Source of the DNA: Octopus vulgaris | Taxonomy: Eukaryota | NCBI GenBank assembly: GCA_951406725.2 | Contig: OX597820.1 | Coordinates: 49,166,001 to 49,230,000 of the forward strand | Length of the DNA: 64,000 bases | Reading direction: 5' to 3' | In this document: one piece after another, positions 1 to 13,530 of the stretch | How the letters are laid out: every line of letters begins with the position of its first letter | Numbering within the stretch: the stretch's first letter is position 1 | The notes under the pieces: model-generated | Databases searched by the model: none | Told to the model about the DNA's origin: nothing | Seen by the model: the letters and a program-made list of their open reading frames with translations, nothing else | Translations under genes and position numbers: made by a program

Positions 1-124
1 CCAAAAGACGAAAAAAAACTCATAGGAAAAAAAGAAAAATAGTTTTGCGTTTCGCGCAAAGCTCTTCTCCGGAATCAGGAAACAGAGGAAAAAATCGCCA
101 ACGAACCACATATTGTTACATTCA

Positions 125-145
125 TATACACACACACATACACAC

Positions 146-228
<83 letters not shown>
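125..228. repeat. (CA)n/(TA)n compound microsatellite, representative of dozens of (TA)n, (CA)n, (GATA)n, (CATA)n and (AAT)n tracts across the window
   Basis: Directly visible tandem repeats; these generate the [12 protein letters not shown] ORFs in the track. Confidence 0.98.
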
Positions 229-1498
229 CGAGGGGCGTTCAATAAGTAATGCCCCTGACCCACTTTCCATAGCAGTAGAGCAACGACACTTGGCGCAGTT
301 ATTAGTATTTTCCTACATAGAAACTACCCAGAGTTATGCATTTCTCCCATCGTTTGATACAGCTCTGGAAACCGTTTTTGTAGAAAATCCCAGCTTGGTC
401 CTCCAACCACGACGTGAGTTCAGAAATCAAGGCTGCATCATCTGGGAGACGCGTTCCTTTCAAAATCAACTTCATGGCTGGGAAGAGGTGGAAATCAGAG
501 GGTGCAAGGGGAGGAGTTCATAGCTGCACGCCTGTGCTTCTGATCTGGCGACACGCGAGTTGTGGACCGGAGCGTTGTCCTGCAGGAGGAGGATGCCTTT
601 GCTGATCTTGCCCCGCCTCTTGATTTTGATAGCTTCTCTTAATTTCCTCAAAAGTGAAGCATAATAGGCTCCTGTAATTGTGGTACCCTTTGCCAGGAAA
701 TCTGTCATCACTACTCCGTCCTGGTCCCAGAAGACTGTGAGCATAACCTTGTCAGCGGAGGGCTGCACCCTTGCCTTCTTTGGAGGAGGTGAGTCACGGT
801 GCTTTCACTGCATTGACTGAGCTTTGGTCTATGGATCATAGTGATGGACCCAGGTTTTATCCTGTGTGATCAGTCTTTTGAAAAAGTTTGACTCATCTTC
901 TTGGCACATCTCCAAATTCATCCTCGAGCACTCAACGCGTTCTTGCTTCTGGAAAGGTGTGAGCAACCTGGAAATCCATCTGGCAGACACCTTTTGCATA
1001 TGCAAATGGTCATGAATGATAGTTTCCACAGACCCGGTACTAATCTTGACCTTATGGGCTATTTGGCGAATAGTTATGCGTTGGCCTTCCAAAATGGCAG
1101 CCTCAACTTGACGGACAGACGTCTCATCAATGGCAGAAGGGGCCGACCAGATCTGGGAGCTGTTTCCACAGAGTTCCGACTATGTTTGAATTCACAATGC
1201 CAGCGTTTTACAAGATCATATGATGGGGCATCATCACCATAAGTTACTTTCATTTCATCAAAAGTCTCCCGTGGTGTGCGTCCTTTCAAATACAAAAACC
1301 AGATCACTGCTCGACACTCAACAGGCTCCATTTCACACTTGACTCAGTTCAAACACCTGTAAATCAGAAACCACAATTAGTTCAGAGCTGTAATTCACCA
1401 CTTAATCTATAGAGGTATAAAGAAGTGCACATGCAAACTTTCAGCTAGATCAAACAACTGCAAGTGGGTCAGGGGCATTACTTATTTAACGCCCCTCA
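229..1498 (-). mobile_element. Full-length mariner DNA transposon (~1270 bp)
   Basis: 37-bp TIRs CGAGGGGCGTTCAATAAGTAATGCCCCTGACCCACTT (from 229) and its reverse complement ending at 1498 with 2 mismatches; TA on both flanks; internal transposase fragments. Confidence 0.95.
302..1331 (-). pseudogene. Frameshifted mariner transposase
   Basis: Consecutive ORF pieces MEPVECRAVIWFLYLKG (HTH), ARWISRLLT (WVPREL-like), LITQDKTWVHHYDP, KVMLTVFWD, LLQDNAPVH, ending YVGKY*; broken by frameshifts and stops. Confidence 0.93.
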
Positions 1499-2220
1499 TA
1501 CATATACATATACGTATATCAATCACATGCTACCTGAAGGTCGAAATACACCAGTGATCTTAAGGGGTAATCATTCCTGTAGAGCCGTCTGGAGAAGTTA
1601 GGGAAATTTGATATACTTTTGGAAAAGATGATAAAGGGCAACTAGCTCGGTAATCTGAGCTTAGTCAGAAGATACCTAGATTATATCAAAAAAATCCGAT
1701 GATGAATTTCGGGCCCAATACATTTCCTTAAAATAAATTAGTACTTTCCTAGCTGTCAGGATGATGTCAATGACAAACCGAATGATAAGTGTATACATAG
1801 CCTTGGCGAGAAAATGCCTGGCAAAAAAGAAAAAAGTACATAGCAAAGAGATATATATGAGCAAACAAGCAGTCAGTGTTACATGGATACGTGCACAAAA
1901 ACAGAAACAGGATATATAATCAGTTTGAGACCGTGGTATAGAAAAAACAAAAAAAAACATGCATACACACAATTACCACCACTTACTACACAATATTGAT
2001 TTCCAAATTTGGCACAAGGCCAGGAATTTTGAAGGAGTGTTAAGTTGATTTTATCGACGCACGTGCTCAACTTACAACCGGTATTTTTTTACGCCTCTGT
2101 ACCCTGAAGGTTACCCCAAAGATATTGCAAAGAAAATTACCTGACAGAACACGTAAATGCCATAGCTGATTTGTTCGACTAAAGTTCAATCATTGCAACG
2201 CACAAAAGATAAAGTATATA

Positions 2221-2545
2221 GAAGCTGGTATCAAAAAGTTCTCGGACTAGTTACGTATAAGATAAGTTTGCCGAAGCATGCTCAATGTCTCTGTAGCAGA
2301 CGTCCCAAGTTTAACGCAAAATTTCTCGTTGGTTTATTCTTCCAACTTCCTGTCCATGCCACAATCGCAGACTACAGCATATGCGTGATCACGCAAATTT
2401 TGCAACTCGCGAAGTAAAGACAGCGATGTTACTCGGCACACTGCCTTATAAAGATGACTGCTAGCTCTCACTGCACACGTAACCGTGTGTTGCCATTTGA
2501 TGGTGTACTACAGAACAAATGCGGGAACGTTTTGATACTACATCA
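2221..2545. mobile_element. Internally deleted mariner-like element / MITE
   Basis: Degenerate TIRs GAAGCTGGTATCAAAAAGTTCTCGG ... CGGGAACGTTTTGATACTACATCA flanked by TA. Confidence 0.6.
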
Positions 2546-2579
2546 TAATTGATTTTGTTAGTTTTCTTTTATCGAGACA

Positions 2580-3400
2580 TCATCCAGTCAGGCTGGTTGC
2601 CTGGACCAGCCTGGCTAACTCTTTCCATCCATTCCGATCTTCCATTCCTGTTTTTAGGTCTTCAACTTGGTATCCAATAACATTTGCAAGCTGTTGTATA
2701 TAACGTCTTCCAACTACTGTGGTACTATGATTTGGTACCCACAGCAACACATTACTTACAAGTTCTTTACTTCTCCGGGAGTGGCCAGCAACCCTGAGTT
2801 TCCGGTCTTGGATGGTTGATGAGAAAGTTGGTACATTCCCATATACCCTCCAAGAGATGTTGAGCACTGCACGTAACATTCTGGTGGGCACCGTCCAGCA
2901 TACACCTGAGTCTCTTGGTGAGAGTCTAAATTGGAGATCAATATACAAGCTCAGATTCAACAACTGATCTGTAGAACTGTCTCTTCAATTTATCTGGTTG
3001 GGTTGACTTCCATATAGTTCTAAGACCGTCTGTAGCTGCCCAAGCCTTAGCAATGCGCGATTTAATACCTCTTTCAGTGGAAACGATATTGCTTCCGAGG
3101 TAAGTAAACTCGTTGGCATTTTTGAAGGGCTTCCGTTTGATGGCTCAGATTTCACCTGTTGTTCCCAGGGTAATAAAATCTTTTCATTTACATATAGTCC
3201 TGTGTCAGCGGCAACATTTTCCAGATGGAGTAAACGTTCAGCATCTTTTGTGTTATCTACGAAGAGCGCTATGTCATCAGCATAATCGGCATCAGTCAAG
3301 TAGGTGGCCGGATATCTTCTGCTTCTTGACTTCTGTAAAGTGGGACCCAGATTTCGTATATTGCTTGCAACATTGCATTTTTGAGATACAGTAAACGATC
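2580..3400 (-). mobile_element. Degenerate 3' fragment of an RTE-type non-LTR retrotransposon (RT and C-terminal domain)
   Basis: SRRYPATYLTDADYADDIAL (RT YADD motif), RMLRAVLNISW, RKLRVAGH, MEDRNGWK; multiple frameshifts. Confidence 0.85.
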
Positions 3401-4115
3401 GCATATTGCAGAATGAGCTGTCTTAAGAGACAACATAACTAAAAGCTATGTTTCGTGTTACGTACCAGTCAAGTCTTCAAATTTGAGAGTTGCTATCGAT
3501 TATTGTTCACTTTGTTGTAAGAATGCAGCAAGAAGGAAATCAAACACATAATCTATTTATATTATTATTCAGCTGTCGTATTATCACGGCGATAAGATTC
3601 ACCTTAAAACAATGTATTGCATATTAATATTCATATGGGACAAAATATTTCTTATGCTTTGATTTGAACAACCATCCCAATTAACAATCTATAGCAGCTG
3701 ACATACTGAGTTGTGAATTCTTCAGTTATACAACGATTACTGGTTCACTAACCAAATGGTTAAAATGTTGGTTTCCAAACTATATGAATTTAGTTTGGTT
3801 CCACACCCTAAGATTTGTCTAAGCGTTTGCTACTATATCCTGGATTTGAAGAATACAAATGCATTCAATGATATTTGCCAAAGTTTATATATGTGTCTGT
3901 TGGTCTGTCTGTCTTGTTTCCTCGTTAGCTGGCTGCTGGCTAGCTGGCTAGCTGCCTAAACTCTTATCTGTCTTTAACTATAACATTCGTACATAAATAC
4001 AGACATACTGAAATAGAGGCGCAGACAAAAACAGTCATAAATATGCACAAGCAGATATGAAACATATTTTCTCATTCCTGTTTTTTTTTTTTTGGGGGGG
4101 GGGTGCAGTGAAATA

Positions 4116-4316
4116 CTGCAATTCCTCGATTCTCGTAGTTGTTACGTTCCAAAACCCCCTGTGATAGGTGAAAATCTGCGAAGTAGAAACAATAATGTAC
4201 TGTATATCTTATTTTATTTTATTTTCATAATTTGCATAACAACACCACGAAGGAATCGACGTGAGCTTGAATAAGAAACCGCGATAAGTGAACCGCGATA
4301 TGGCGAGGGATTACTG
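4116..4316. mobile_element. Tigger/pogo-like MITE
   Basis: Right end reads CAGTAATCCCTCGCCATATCGCGG on the minus strand; degenerate left end CTGCAATTCCTCG...GTTACGTTCCAAAACCCC; TA flanks. Confidence 0.6.
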
Positions 4317-5385
4317 TAATACATTGTTTTGAGTCGACGGCATCAACTTTCTAGCCTTTTGAAAGAACCAAAGAGATTTATTTTCACTTATTAAGTTACA
4401 CTTAAAAAAAAACAGCTTCAAATAAACGCACAAAGTGAAAGTAACATAGGGAAAGAGAGCATAAAGAAAGATGCAGTCATTATTTTTCCATATAGACAAT
4501 ATGGAAAAAATTGTGAAATATTTCTTCTTTCTATCACCCGCTCTCTTTTCGTGTTTAAATCTGTTTATCATCATCATTGTCTTTCTCTCAAATGTTTAAT
4601 TTAACGTCTCATTTCTTAGAATCCTCTACATTAATTTTTCTTTCTCTTCTTCTTCCATGTTTTGTAACTAATCTTCCATTGATTCCACTCTTTCCGTTTC
4701 TTACTCTCTCTCACTTTTTTCTTTCTTTCTTTCCTTCTTCCTTTCTTTCTTTCTTTCTTTCTTTCTCTCTCTCTCTCTCTCTCTCTCTCGCTCGCTCGCT
4801 CGCTCTCTTTGTGCATCGTTCTCCATTCACCATTATTAATACCAGTGTCAACGCCAATGATATTACCCCACACCACTGTCATAGCTACCAATTATTTATT
4901 TCTGGTTCTATTTAATTAATGTCCCTTAGCGTTACACAAAAGGTACGTAGAAACGTAGTATTGTTTTAATACTTATATCAACTTCGGTAAAAGGAAAAAA
5001 AAAATAACGTCATTTGAAAAAATTTAAATTGAAGTACAAATTCCATCTAAAATTTATGCGTCTGAAAAGCAAGTCCTCTCTATCTTTTCTCAAGATACAT
5101 CTATTTACAGATATTCATTTGAACTGCCACTACATCATCTTCACCGAAATACCTACAAAGCCTATAATGATTGTGGATACGATTTACTGTTCGTTCCATC
5201 TATACAATCAAATAGAACGGAATAATCTATTAAATTTGTCTCGCCTGATGTTGATATTCTATTAAAATCTAGAAAAAGCTGCGCGTTGTTATCCAATAAG
5301 AAAGACATCTTAGACATCTTTATTAAGTAGGCACTCAATTTCAAGTGTTTTATATTTTTAACATTCGTAAAACACGAGAAGTGTT

Positions 5386-5420
5386 TCCTGACGTTTCAGG
5401 CAGATCTCTTCTTCAAAGTT
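5386..5420 (-). ncRNA. Degenerate minimal hammerhead ribozyme motif
   Basis: Minus strand: TTGAAGA-AGAGATCTGCCT-GAAAC-GTC-AGG; C3 mutated, stems weak. Confidence 0.35.
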
Positions 5421-6967
5421 TCCAAAGATTCTAATTATTTTCTTTTATATTCTTAGCTTTTGTTTGTTCTAGTGTAGACGACTAACTCTAGTGGTTAAAT
5501 TGTTGTAATGCCATCTGTTATTTCCCACGATCAAACATCGTACTACGTGTTTCATTGTGTTTTTACAATACCTCATATAAACTACCTATTGACACGGCTA
5601 TTCACATATTCATATACACAACTAAGAATTCCTACCTACATAGAGATGCATATACACACACATATATACATATATGCATCGTACATATATATATACACAC
5701 ATACATATACGTGTATTTATGTGCGCTCGTACGTGTGTATGTGTTGTACACCAAGGATTAGCTATTGAAAAATAAACACAAACACACATATATACACATT
5801 CGATTTGAGTACGAGTGTTCAATCAATTCTCTTGTGGCAGAGTGTGGATTGTTACTTAAAATACACATAAACCTTTGTTTAATGATTCTATAATTTGATA
5901 TCTTATTGTATTCTTGTAGTTGCTTCTTGCAATTCTTAATGTAAAGCTATATGTCTAAACATATGTAGATGTATTTTTTCGAGGATCACACTACCAGTAA
6001 CATCACCAAACATTCTGAGAGCAGTCAACTTCTACATCAATTGAATAGTAAATCAGTGGACTACAACAAGTGCTTGTGAATTAGCGATCTTTAATGTTTT
6101 CACCAACTACAATTGATTTATCATGCTCCAATAATACACACATTTTTCACTTATGATGTGAGGTCAGTCACGAGTGTTACTTGTGTAACAATCTACTGCA
6201 TGATGGGGCCTTCCAGGAAGAAAAAAGCTCGCCCGTCATCCTTGCTAGAAATGCTGCAGTACGAATATCCTGTCTAGCAAAGTAGCACGAGGTATTTAGA
6301 ATTTCCTATGCAATGTCCTGTCCCACGTGCTGCCAGACCACTGGAAGCGAGTCATGCTCTAGTTTATGGTAAAAACATGTCGCTAAGAGACAGTATTTTC
6401 GGCAATATATCTGGGCAAGCAGTCTAGGCTCGGCTAGCTTGTGAGTGGGCAACTAGAAGGACAATATTGAACGTAAAACCTCACTGACTGTGAGTGCCTG
6501 AAAAATGCCAAGACCAAGTGAGCCAACCTCGACAGTAAATATGGTCAAAAGAAGACTCGAGGCCAAACGACCTTAATCATCCTGAAGAGAGCATCAAGAT
6601 TCAAGGAAAGAATTATCTGAGGCCCCAGCCTTCTGTTATGAGTATGTGAATTTTCATTCATTATATATATCTAATCTTGGTGTTGACATTATTTCACTGC
6701 AAGTGTTCTCTGTATGTTCTGTAATAACACAAAATAAGTCATCATTTTAAAATTCACCAAATTAAACAAAATTGATCACATTAAAGACATCAGGATCTTA
6801 CACAGATCTACATTGAAACCTCTGGCAACAGACATGTTATTATCCCTTACAGTCTACATTTGTTTTAGCAGTGACATCTGACATTAGGAATTAGCTAAGT
6901 TCGTGTAATAGTCACTAAGTTAGTCGGCTCGTGATCTGTATTTTGTTAATTCCTCTATGTTGTTGAG

Positions 6968-7260
6968 AAGGTGCGTAGCCAAGTAGTCTGCTGGGCCTAC
7001 AATCGCAAGCTTTTGGAGTGGATTTATACACCAGACGACGCATTGTGTTCTTGAGTAATGTGAATTATTTCACTTTGCTGCAATATTCTCAACTGAAAAC
7101 GTATACTACCTTAGTATCAATGTCTTTGCTTCCTCTCGCTGTTACATCTTCAACGATTCACTTAGTCAAAGCTATAATAAATGGCAGTGCACCTGTGGCT
7201 AATCGTATTTGCAAAGGCGCCTAAAACATATAGCAAACGTGAGGTACAAGTTACCTGGGC
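6968..7260 (+). mobile_element. Old, degenerate tRNA-derived SINE
   Basis: A-box-like GCGTAGCCAAGTAG followed by GCATTGTGTTCTTGAG...TTTCACTTTGCT, similar to the copies at 8437, 21752 and 38000. Confidence 0.5.
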
Positions 7261-7594
7261 AGACTTGTTTGTAAGAGATGACAAAGTTACTCATTTTTAG
7301 CACTATTTACCAAAAAGAATCTTTCATGTTCACGATAAAGGTATTTCGATTTGGTCCCACTTTTTTCCCAATAGTCTTCGTGTTGCAAATGGTCACTGGT
7401 CTCGGAGATCCCAACGTAGAATTCCGTCCAGACTAACCTGTAAACAGAAAAAAGGTGTGTAGTCGAATGACTTTTAAATACTCTCATACACTCGCGTACA
7501 AATGTGCGTACATATATGTTAAGATGTGCGAGCATGCATGAGTACATGATGTGTATATTTATATATATGCGTGTGTGCACGCGTGAGTGTGTGT

Positions 7595-7632
<38 letters not shown>

Positions 7633-8149
7633 TTATGTATGTATTTATGTATGTAGTATATCTGGATTCGTCTCTGCGTGAATATGCGGCAACGTTACTT
7701 TATTTTCCACACCCCAAACAGCATAGTATTAATTTAAGAATATATTAGTTGACATGTATATGATCCATAATCATTCGTAAAAATATTGTTTGTTTGCGTG
7801 AAATCTATAGAAGAAACCCATTGTATAAAGTTATATACCTGACAAACTTTCCATAATAAATATGATATCACACTTATCTAGAAAACTGATCTATATTACA
7901 GACAGACAGTTGTGCAAATGTTTGGGAAATGGAATACACAAAATTATATTTGTTCACATATTATGAAGTAAAGTATAATTTATATGGCTTCACACACCCT
8001 AAATATCCTCTGTTATTTTTAATCCGAAACGATGGTTTGTACAAATCACTAAAATAACAGATATATGTGTATGGTATAATATATATATATACACTGTATT
8101 TGTAATTGCTTACCATTCCTCCATTTTTGTTTTCGTATACATTGGCTAA

Positions 8150-8364
8150 CTTTTTTCATAGGAATCTAGAGCTTAGATTTTCTTGGGGCTGGCCAGGTTG
8201 GAGCAGCTTCGAGTGTAACCGGCTGAAACTGCTAAAATGGTACTCAACTGAGGATAGGAAGCTCCGAATGGCCCGTCCTTGTTTTTTTCTGTCCTTTTTT
8301 GTATCTTCTAACTGTCCGGATGTTTTGTTGTCGCTTGTTGTGTTCTTGTTCTATTTTTTGTTTT

Positions 8365-8366
<2 letters not shown>
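8150..8366 (+). repeat. Dispersed repeat abutting (TA)n, related to 21295-21600 (opposite strand); possibly Penelope-derived
   Basis: Shared blocks GGAATCTA..GCT..., GGGGCTG.CCAG.TTGGAGCA, ACTGA.GATAG..., CCCGTCCTTGTTTT between the two copies. Confidence 0.6.
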
Positions 8367-8436
<70 letters not shown>

Positions 8437-8438
<2 letters not shown>

Positions 8439-8641
8439 GGTTTCAGTAGCGTATAGGTTCCCCACCTGGACGGGACGCCGATCCGTCGCAGGATTACTCA
8501 TTTTTGCCAACTGAGTGAACTGGAGCAACACGAAATGAAGTATTTTTCTCAGGGACACAACACATCGCCCGGTCCAGGAATCGAAACCACAATATTACGT
8601 CTATGAATCCAGCACCTTAATCACTAAGCCACGTGCCTCCA
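8437..8641 (-). mobile_element. tRNA-derived SINE
   Basis: Minus strand: A box TGGCTTAGTGA, B box GGTTTCGATTCC, body TGTGTCCCTGAG...CCTGCGACGGATCGGCGTCCCGTCCAGG. Confidence 0.8.
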
Positions 8642-8673
8642 CACACACACACACACACATATCTATCTATCTA

Positions 8674-8737
<64 letters not shown>

Positions 8738-9064
8738 TAATATATATATGTGTGTGTGTGTGTGTGTATGTATACATGGGCTATGCGACTTCACCTGAGC
8801 GCTGGATTTGAATCCATAATGTAGCACCCACGTGAGTTTGGTACGTATTAAAGCTTTTATCCATCCCACTAATAAACTATGGATGAGAAATTAATTTATT
8901 TGCTCGAGTATGGATGGCATTAACTAATAATTCTTTTTGTTTCTATTTATTCTAGTGCCATTATAGGCTTGCCTTTAGATGTAGTTTTTTCGTGGTTTCG
9001 GTTTAGCATGTAAGTGCTCTCAAGGGTTTTCTCTCTGTGTATGAATCTTTATACATTCTTATGT

Positions 9065-9141
<77 letters not shown>

Positions 9142-9262
9142 AATAATTGAGGGAATATTATTCCTAATTTACAGGGAAAAATTCAATTTAGATATACTAA
9201 ATTTTCTAGATGGTGTAATTTAATTGTTCATTTTGAATTGATAAAAGGTGTGTTTTTCTAAG

Positions 9263-9310
<48 letters not shown>

Positions 9311-9312
<2 letters not shown>

Positions 9313-9475
9313 GACTGGCTTCTTTCAGTTTCCTCAATGAAATATTCTCACAAGTGCTTGGTCGAACCGAGACTATGGTAAAAGATAATATTTCAAGGTG
9401 CCACACAGTCAGAATGAACTCGAAACTATATGTTTACCAAGCAAACTTCATACCGCACAGTTGCGCTTCTCCCTA
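9311..9475 (-). mobile_element. SINE family A, partial degenerate copy
   Basis: Aligns by eye to the 5' half of the 19977-20385 copy. Confidence 0.7.
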
Positions 9476-9589
9476 TACCCTCACACTCATATACACACAT
9501 GCGTACATTCATACATATATACATACATATAACACACACACAAATATTATATACATATATATATATGCATGTATGTAATATATCTTTTA

Positions 9590-9898
9590 TTTTTCTATTT
9601 GTTTCAGTTATTTGACTGCGGACACACTGGAGCAGCGCTAGATTACGGTGATGTAAACACACCAGCATCGCGTGTTAAGTGATGGTGAGGGTACAAACAC
9701 AGACTCAAAAACATATGTATATACATAGAGATATACATATATACGACGAGCGTCTTTCAGTTTCCGTCTACCAAATCCACTCGCAAGGCTTTGGTCGACC
9801 CAAGGCTATAGTACAAGACACTCTCCCAAGGTGCCATGCAGTGGGACTGAACCCGGGACCATGTAGTTGGTAAGAAAACTACTTGCCACGAAGCCACT

Positions 9899-9900
<2 letters not shown>
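9590..9900 (-). mobile_element. SINE family A (tRNA head, CORE-like motif)
   Basis: GGTTCAGTCCCACTGCATGGCACCTTGGG...GGATTTGGTAGACGGAAACTGAAAG and the same 3' tail as the other copies. Confidence 0.85.
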
Positions 9901-9947
<47 letters not shown>

Positions 9948-10703
9948 GGGGGTATATTTATTTATTTATTCATTTACTGCTTTTATTTTTTAAAAAACTG
10001 CTTCTCAAACATTGCATTCAGATCCGTGAATACGTTGCTTCATTAAAATCCACATATATCAATAACTTATTCCTCTAGAAATATGGTTTCTTGTCCACAT
10101 GCTCTTCCTAATATTGGTTACTGACCAATATTCATGGAAATTTCAAATATTTCACATTCAGGAAGCTATCTGTATTTTGAGAGAGACAAGGTTGCTATTT
10201 CTAACTATTGAGACAACCAGGCAGATGTTCCTCTATCAGTTTGCATTACGTTACACCATTATAAATTCTGTATTTATTGTAGTCTTATTTTCATAACCTT
10301 TGTGCTTGTTATTTCGTTCTGCAACAAACACATACAGATATATTTCAGAACGTTAAATTTCAATGATATTTCCCTGGCGTTGCTAACCGCCGTTACCATG
10401 TAATACACGACTTTCAGAAAATAACTAATTAAAAGAAAAATGTTACTGATGTAGAAGAACAAAACTATAAGAAATAATAAAAAAGCTTAGAGATGAGTTG
10501 TAAATTTAATATTGGTATATTATATATGGAGAAGGAAAAATATATTTAAAATCATTGATTTGTGTATTTAATGTTTAATTTAAGCGAATAATTGAGTTGA
10601 TATGAATTTCGGGCACATGCTCTCGCCACATCATATGATGAAAATTGTATACAATAAACGCATGCACATACATACATCTCTCATACATACATACATACAT
10701 ACA

Positions 10704-10738
<35 letters not shown>

Positions 10739-10783
10739 CAAAGCATCTATGTTTGTACGTTTGTATAAACAAGTATTTAAATG

Positions 10784-10823
<40 letters not shown>

Positions 10824-10970
10824 TACATATACACATATGATTTCTTACACACATATATTCATATATACACTAATACGCTCACACGCACATGCATGGGTGA
10901 GTATATATGTGTGAGAATGTGTGAAGTAGATACATGAAGTAAACTCTTGTTTTCATATTTCATAAGAGGT

Positions 10971-11019
<49 letters not shown>

Positions 11020-11671
11020 TTGTTGTTGTGTTTTTGTTGTTTTTATTGCTGCTGTTGTCATTTCTGTTGTCGTTATTGCTGTTGTTGTTGCTGTTGTGTT
11101 GGCGTTAGTGGTTGCGGCGGTGTCCTTTTTATTGTTGTTGATGCTGTTTCTGTATGATTGAACAATTCAATTAATTTCATCCGTGTGAACGACAACATAG
11201 CAGAAGTTAGTGAGAAAACAGATAGAGATATACGAATGACATGGAGATGGAGAAATGGTGACGGTAGCAGGGAAGGGAGGGGGCAAAAAGATGAAAAGAG
11301 AGAGAGACAGAGAGACAGAGAGAGAAAATATTTGTGTGTGTATGTGCATGTGCGTGACAGCGAGGGGTTGGTAATAGAAGGAGGAAAGGAATAATAGATT
11401 TGGAGTGGAATGATGATGGTGGAGTAGGTGAGAAGAAATTTAGAAATGTCGAAATGTAGAAAAACATTTGCAAAATATTTTAGAATTCTTAATTTAACAA
11501 CCTATTCTATATTATGTCTGCTGTTGTTGACTTCCAAGATTCTAATGTTGTTTGCAAACTTCTCCCTTCTTGTATATATCCTTTTTGTCAGTCTTATCAT
11601 CGCACAACTTGTCAATTATTGCTATTATTTTTTTCCCTAAAATATAATTCTAATTAATTTTACTATTATTA

Positions 11672-11731
<60 letters not shown>

Positions 11732-12239
11732 GTGGCTTGTAAATATCTCTCAAGTCTCTGTTCCCTTTCTTACTAGACAAACATGCATACAAATGTTAGA
11801 GACTAACAGTTTATATGTGATACCACCCCAATAATATTTGAAAGCTCTAGTATTGTTGTTTTTCCAGAACGTAGGCAAATATTACCTATATCTTTGGAGT
11901 TAATCTTTACGAATTGACTTTCTATCTTTCTAATTTTAGCATTAATACTTTGGTTGATAAACGCAATCCTAAACTGCCAATACTTTTCAATGTTACACTT
12001 TAGTCGGTGTACTTCACTGTCATTTGAACTCGACTCTTTACTACACTATCATCTTCTGCTACTGGGAAAAGGCTAAATTTTACACTATAGTTCTAAAATT
12101 AAGTCAAGTATATCAAGTGAGATAAAGTGGTAAAAATTCTCCAAATTCAACTATGATCTGGAGAAAGAAGTTCTGTTTCCCACTTTTTGCAAATAACAAC
12201 TGGCACATCTTGAAATCATCACACGCCAGGACACGTAGT

Positions 12240-12594
12240 TAGTTTATGTTAAGATAAGTTAAGTTAATTTTTTGGCTCAAAAACCAAAAAGCAAGGCCAT
12301 GTAGGGTGACATGGAGTTATGTACAGGGAGGGTGTTCATGCAAAGAGTTCAGGCCATTTCTGGTCAAGAGAGATTTTGAACCGAGCGGTCGTCGGCATCT
12401 TCACTATCTTGTCCGGCAGCTTATTCGACGGATCCGCAACCCGGACGGAGAAAGCCCTTCTCCTTCGATTGAGATGAAATCGTCGCAGATAGAGCTTTTC
12501 GGAGTGACCCCGCAGAGCATGAGTGAAGAACAGTTCTTTCGAGAGGTTACACTTTCCGCTTATGATGATGTGAGCGAGAATGAGATCACCACGG
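12240..12594 (-). mobile_element. 5'-truncated CR1-group LINE 3' end
   Basis: Minus-strand translation RGDLILAH...LRGHSEKLYLRRFHLNRRRRAFSVRVADPSNKLP...FKISLDQKW; short (AACTT)-like tandem tail. Confidence 0.85.
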
Positions 12595-12622
12595 TGTCGT
12601 CGTTTAATACTCAGTAATCATA

Positions 12623-12840
12623 AGGCGGCAAGCTGTTGGCAGAAACGTTAGCACGCTGGACGAAACGCTTAGCAGTATTTCGTCTGTCTTTACGTTCTGA
12701 GTTCAAATTCTGCCAAGGCCGACTTTGTCTATCATCCTTTCGTTATCGATTAATTAAGTACCAGTTGCGTCCTGGGGTCGATGTAATCGATTGGCCCCTC
12801 CCACAAAATTTCGGGCCTTGCGCCTAGAGCAGAAAAGAAT
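12623..12840 (+). mobile_element. SINE family B
   Basis: AAGGCGGC.AGCTG...GAGTTCAAATT...GACTTTG...CATCCTTTCG...AAGTACCAGTTG...GGGGTCGAT; near-identical in plan to 29993-30392. Confidence 0.85.
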
Positions 12841-13366
12841 ACTCTATAATTATAATTGTAGAAAAATAGCAATATATGTATTGCACCTGCAGTAACAATA
12901 TTTACAAAGCAAAACATTTAATTTCAAACTGCTGAAAAATTTACGCAAAAAGTTATACAGATATCTCACATGTACCATGCTGAAGAATGATAAATGCAAG
13001 ATCAAAAATTAAGCCAGAGGGACGGGCGAGGGACGATGCCGTTGTGCATATGTGACGAGTTACGGTGGGGAATTGCCATTCTGATAGTAGCGGAAATGCC
13101 ATTCTGAGTTGCAATATTGTTCTCTGCTGTTGCTGATGCGGTTATTGTTTTTGGTTATTCCTGTTGCTGAAGCTCCTTTTCTATTGCTTGCTGTTATCGT
13201 TGTTGTTGTTGTTGGTGGTGGTGGTGGTGCTTCCGATATTGTTATGGCTGCAAATGCAGCACCAACTGTTGTGATTAGTGCCGTTGGCGGTATTCTTCTC
13301 CTTGCAGTTTGTGCATCTAGCAACAGTGCAAACCTTCTCTCTTGTGTACCTTGCTGGGGAAAGCCA

Positions 13367-13497
<131 letters not shown>

Positions 13498-13498
13498 C

Positions 13499-13530
<32 letters not shown>

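Noticed and set aside
8220-8280. CTGAGGA...GAA...GTC in the 8150/21295 repeat family as a hammerhead
   Set aside because: GAAA box is absent in both copies and stem I cannot be drawn convincingly.
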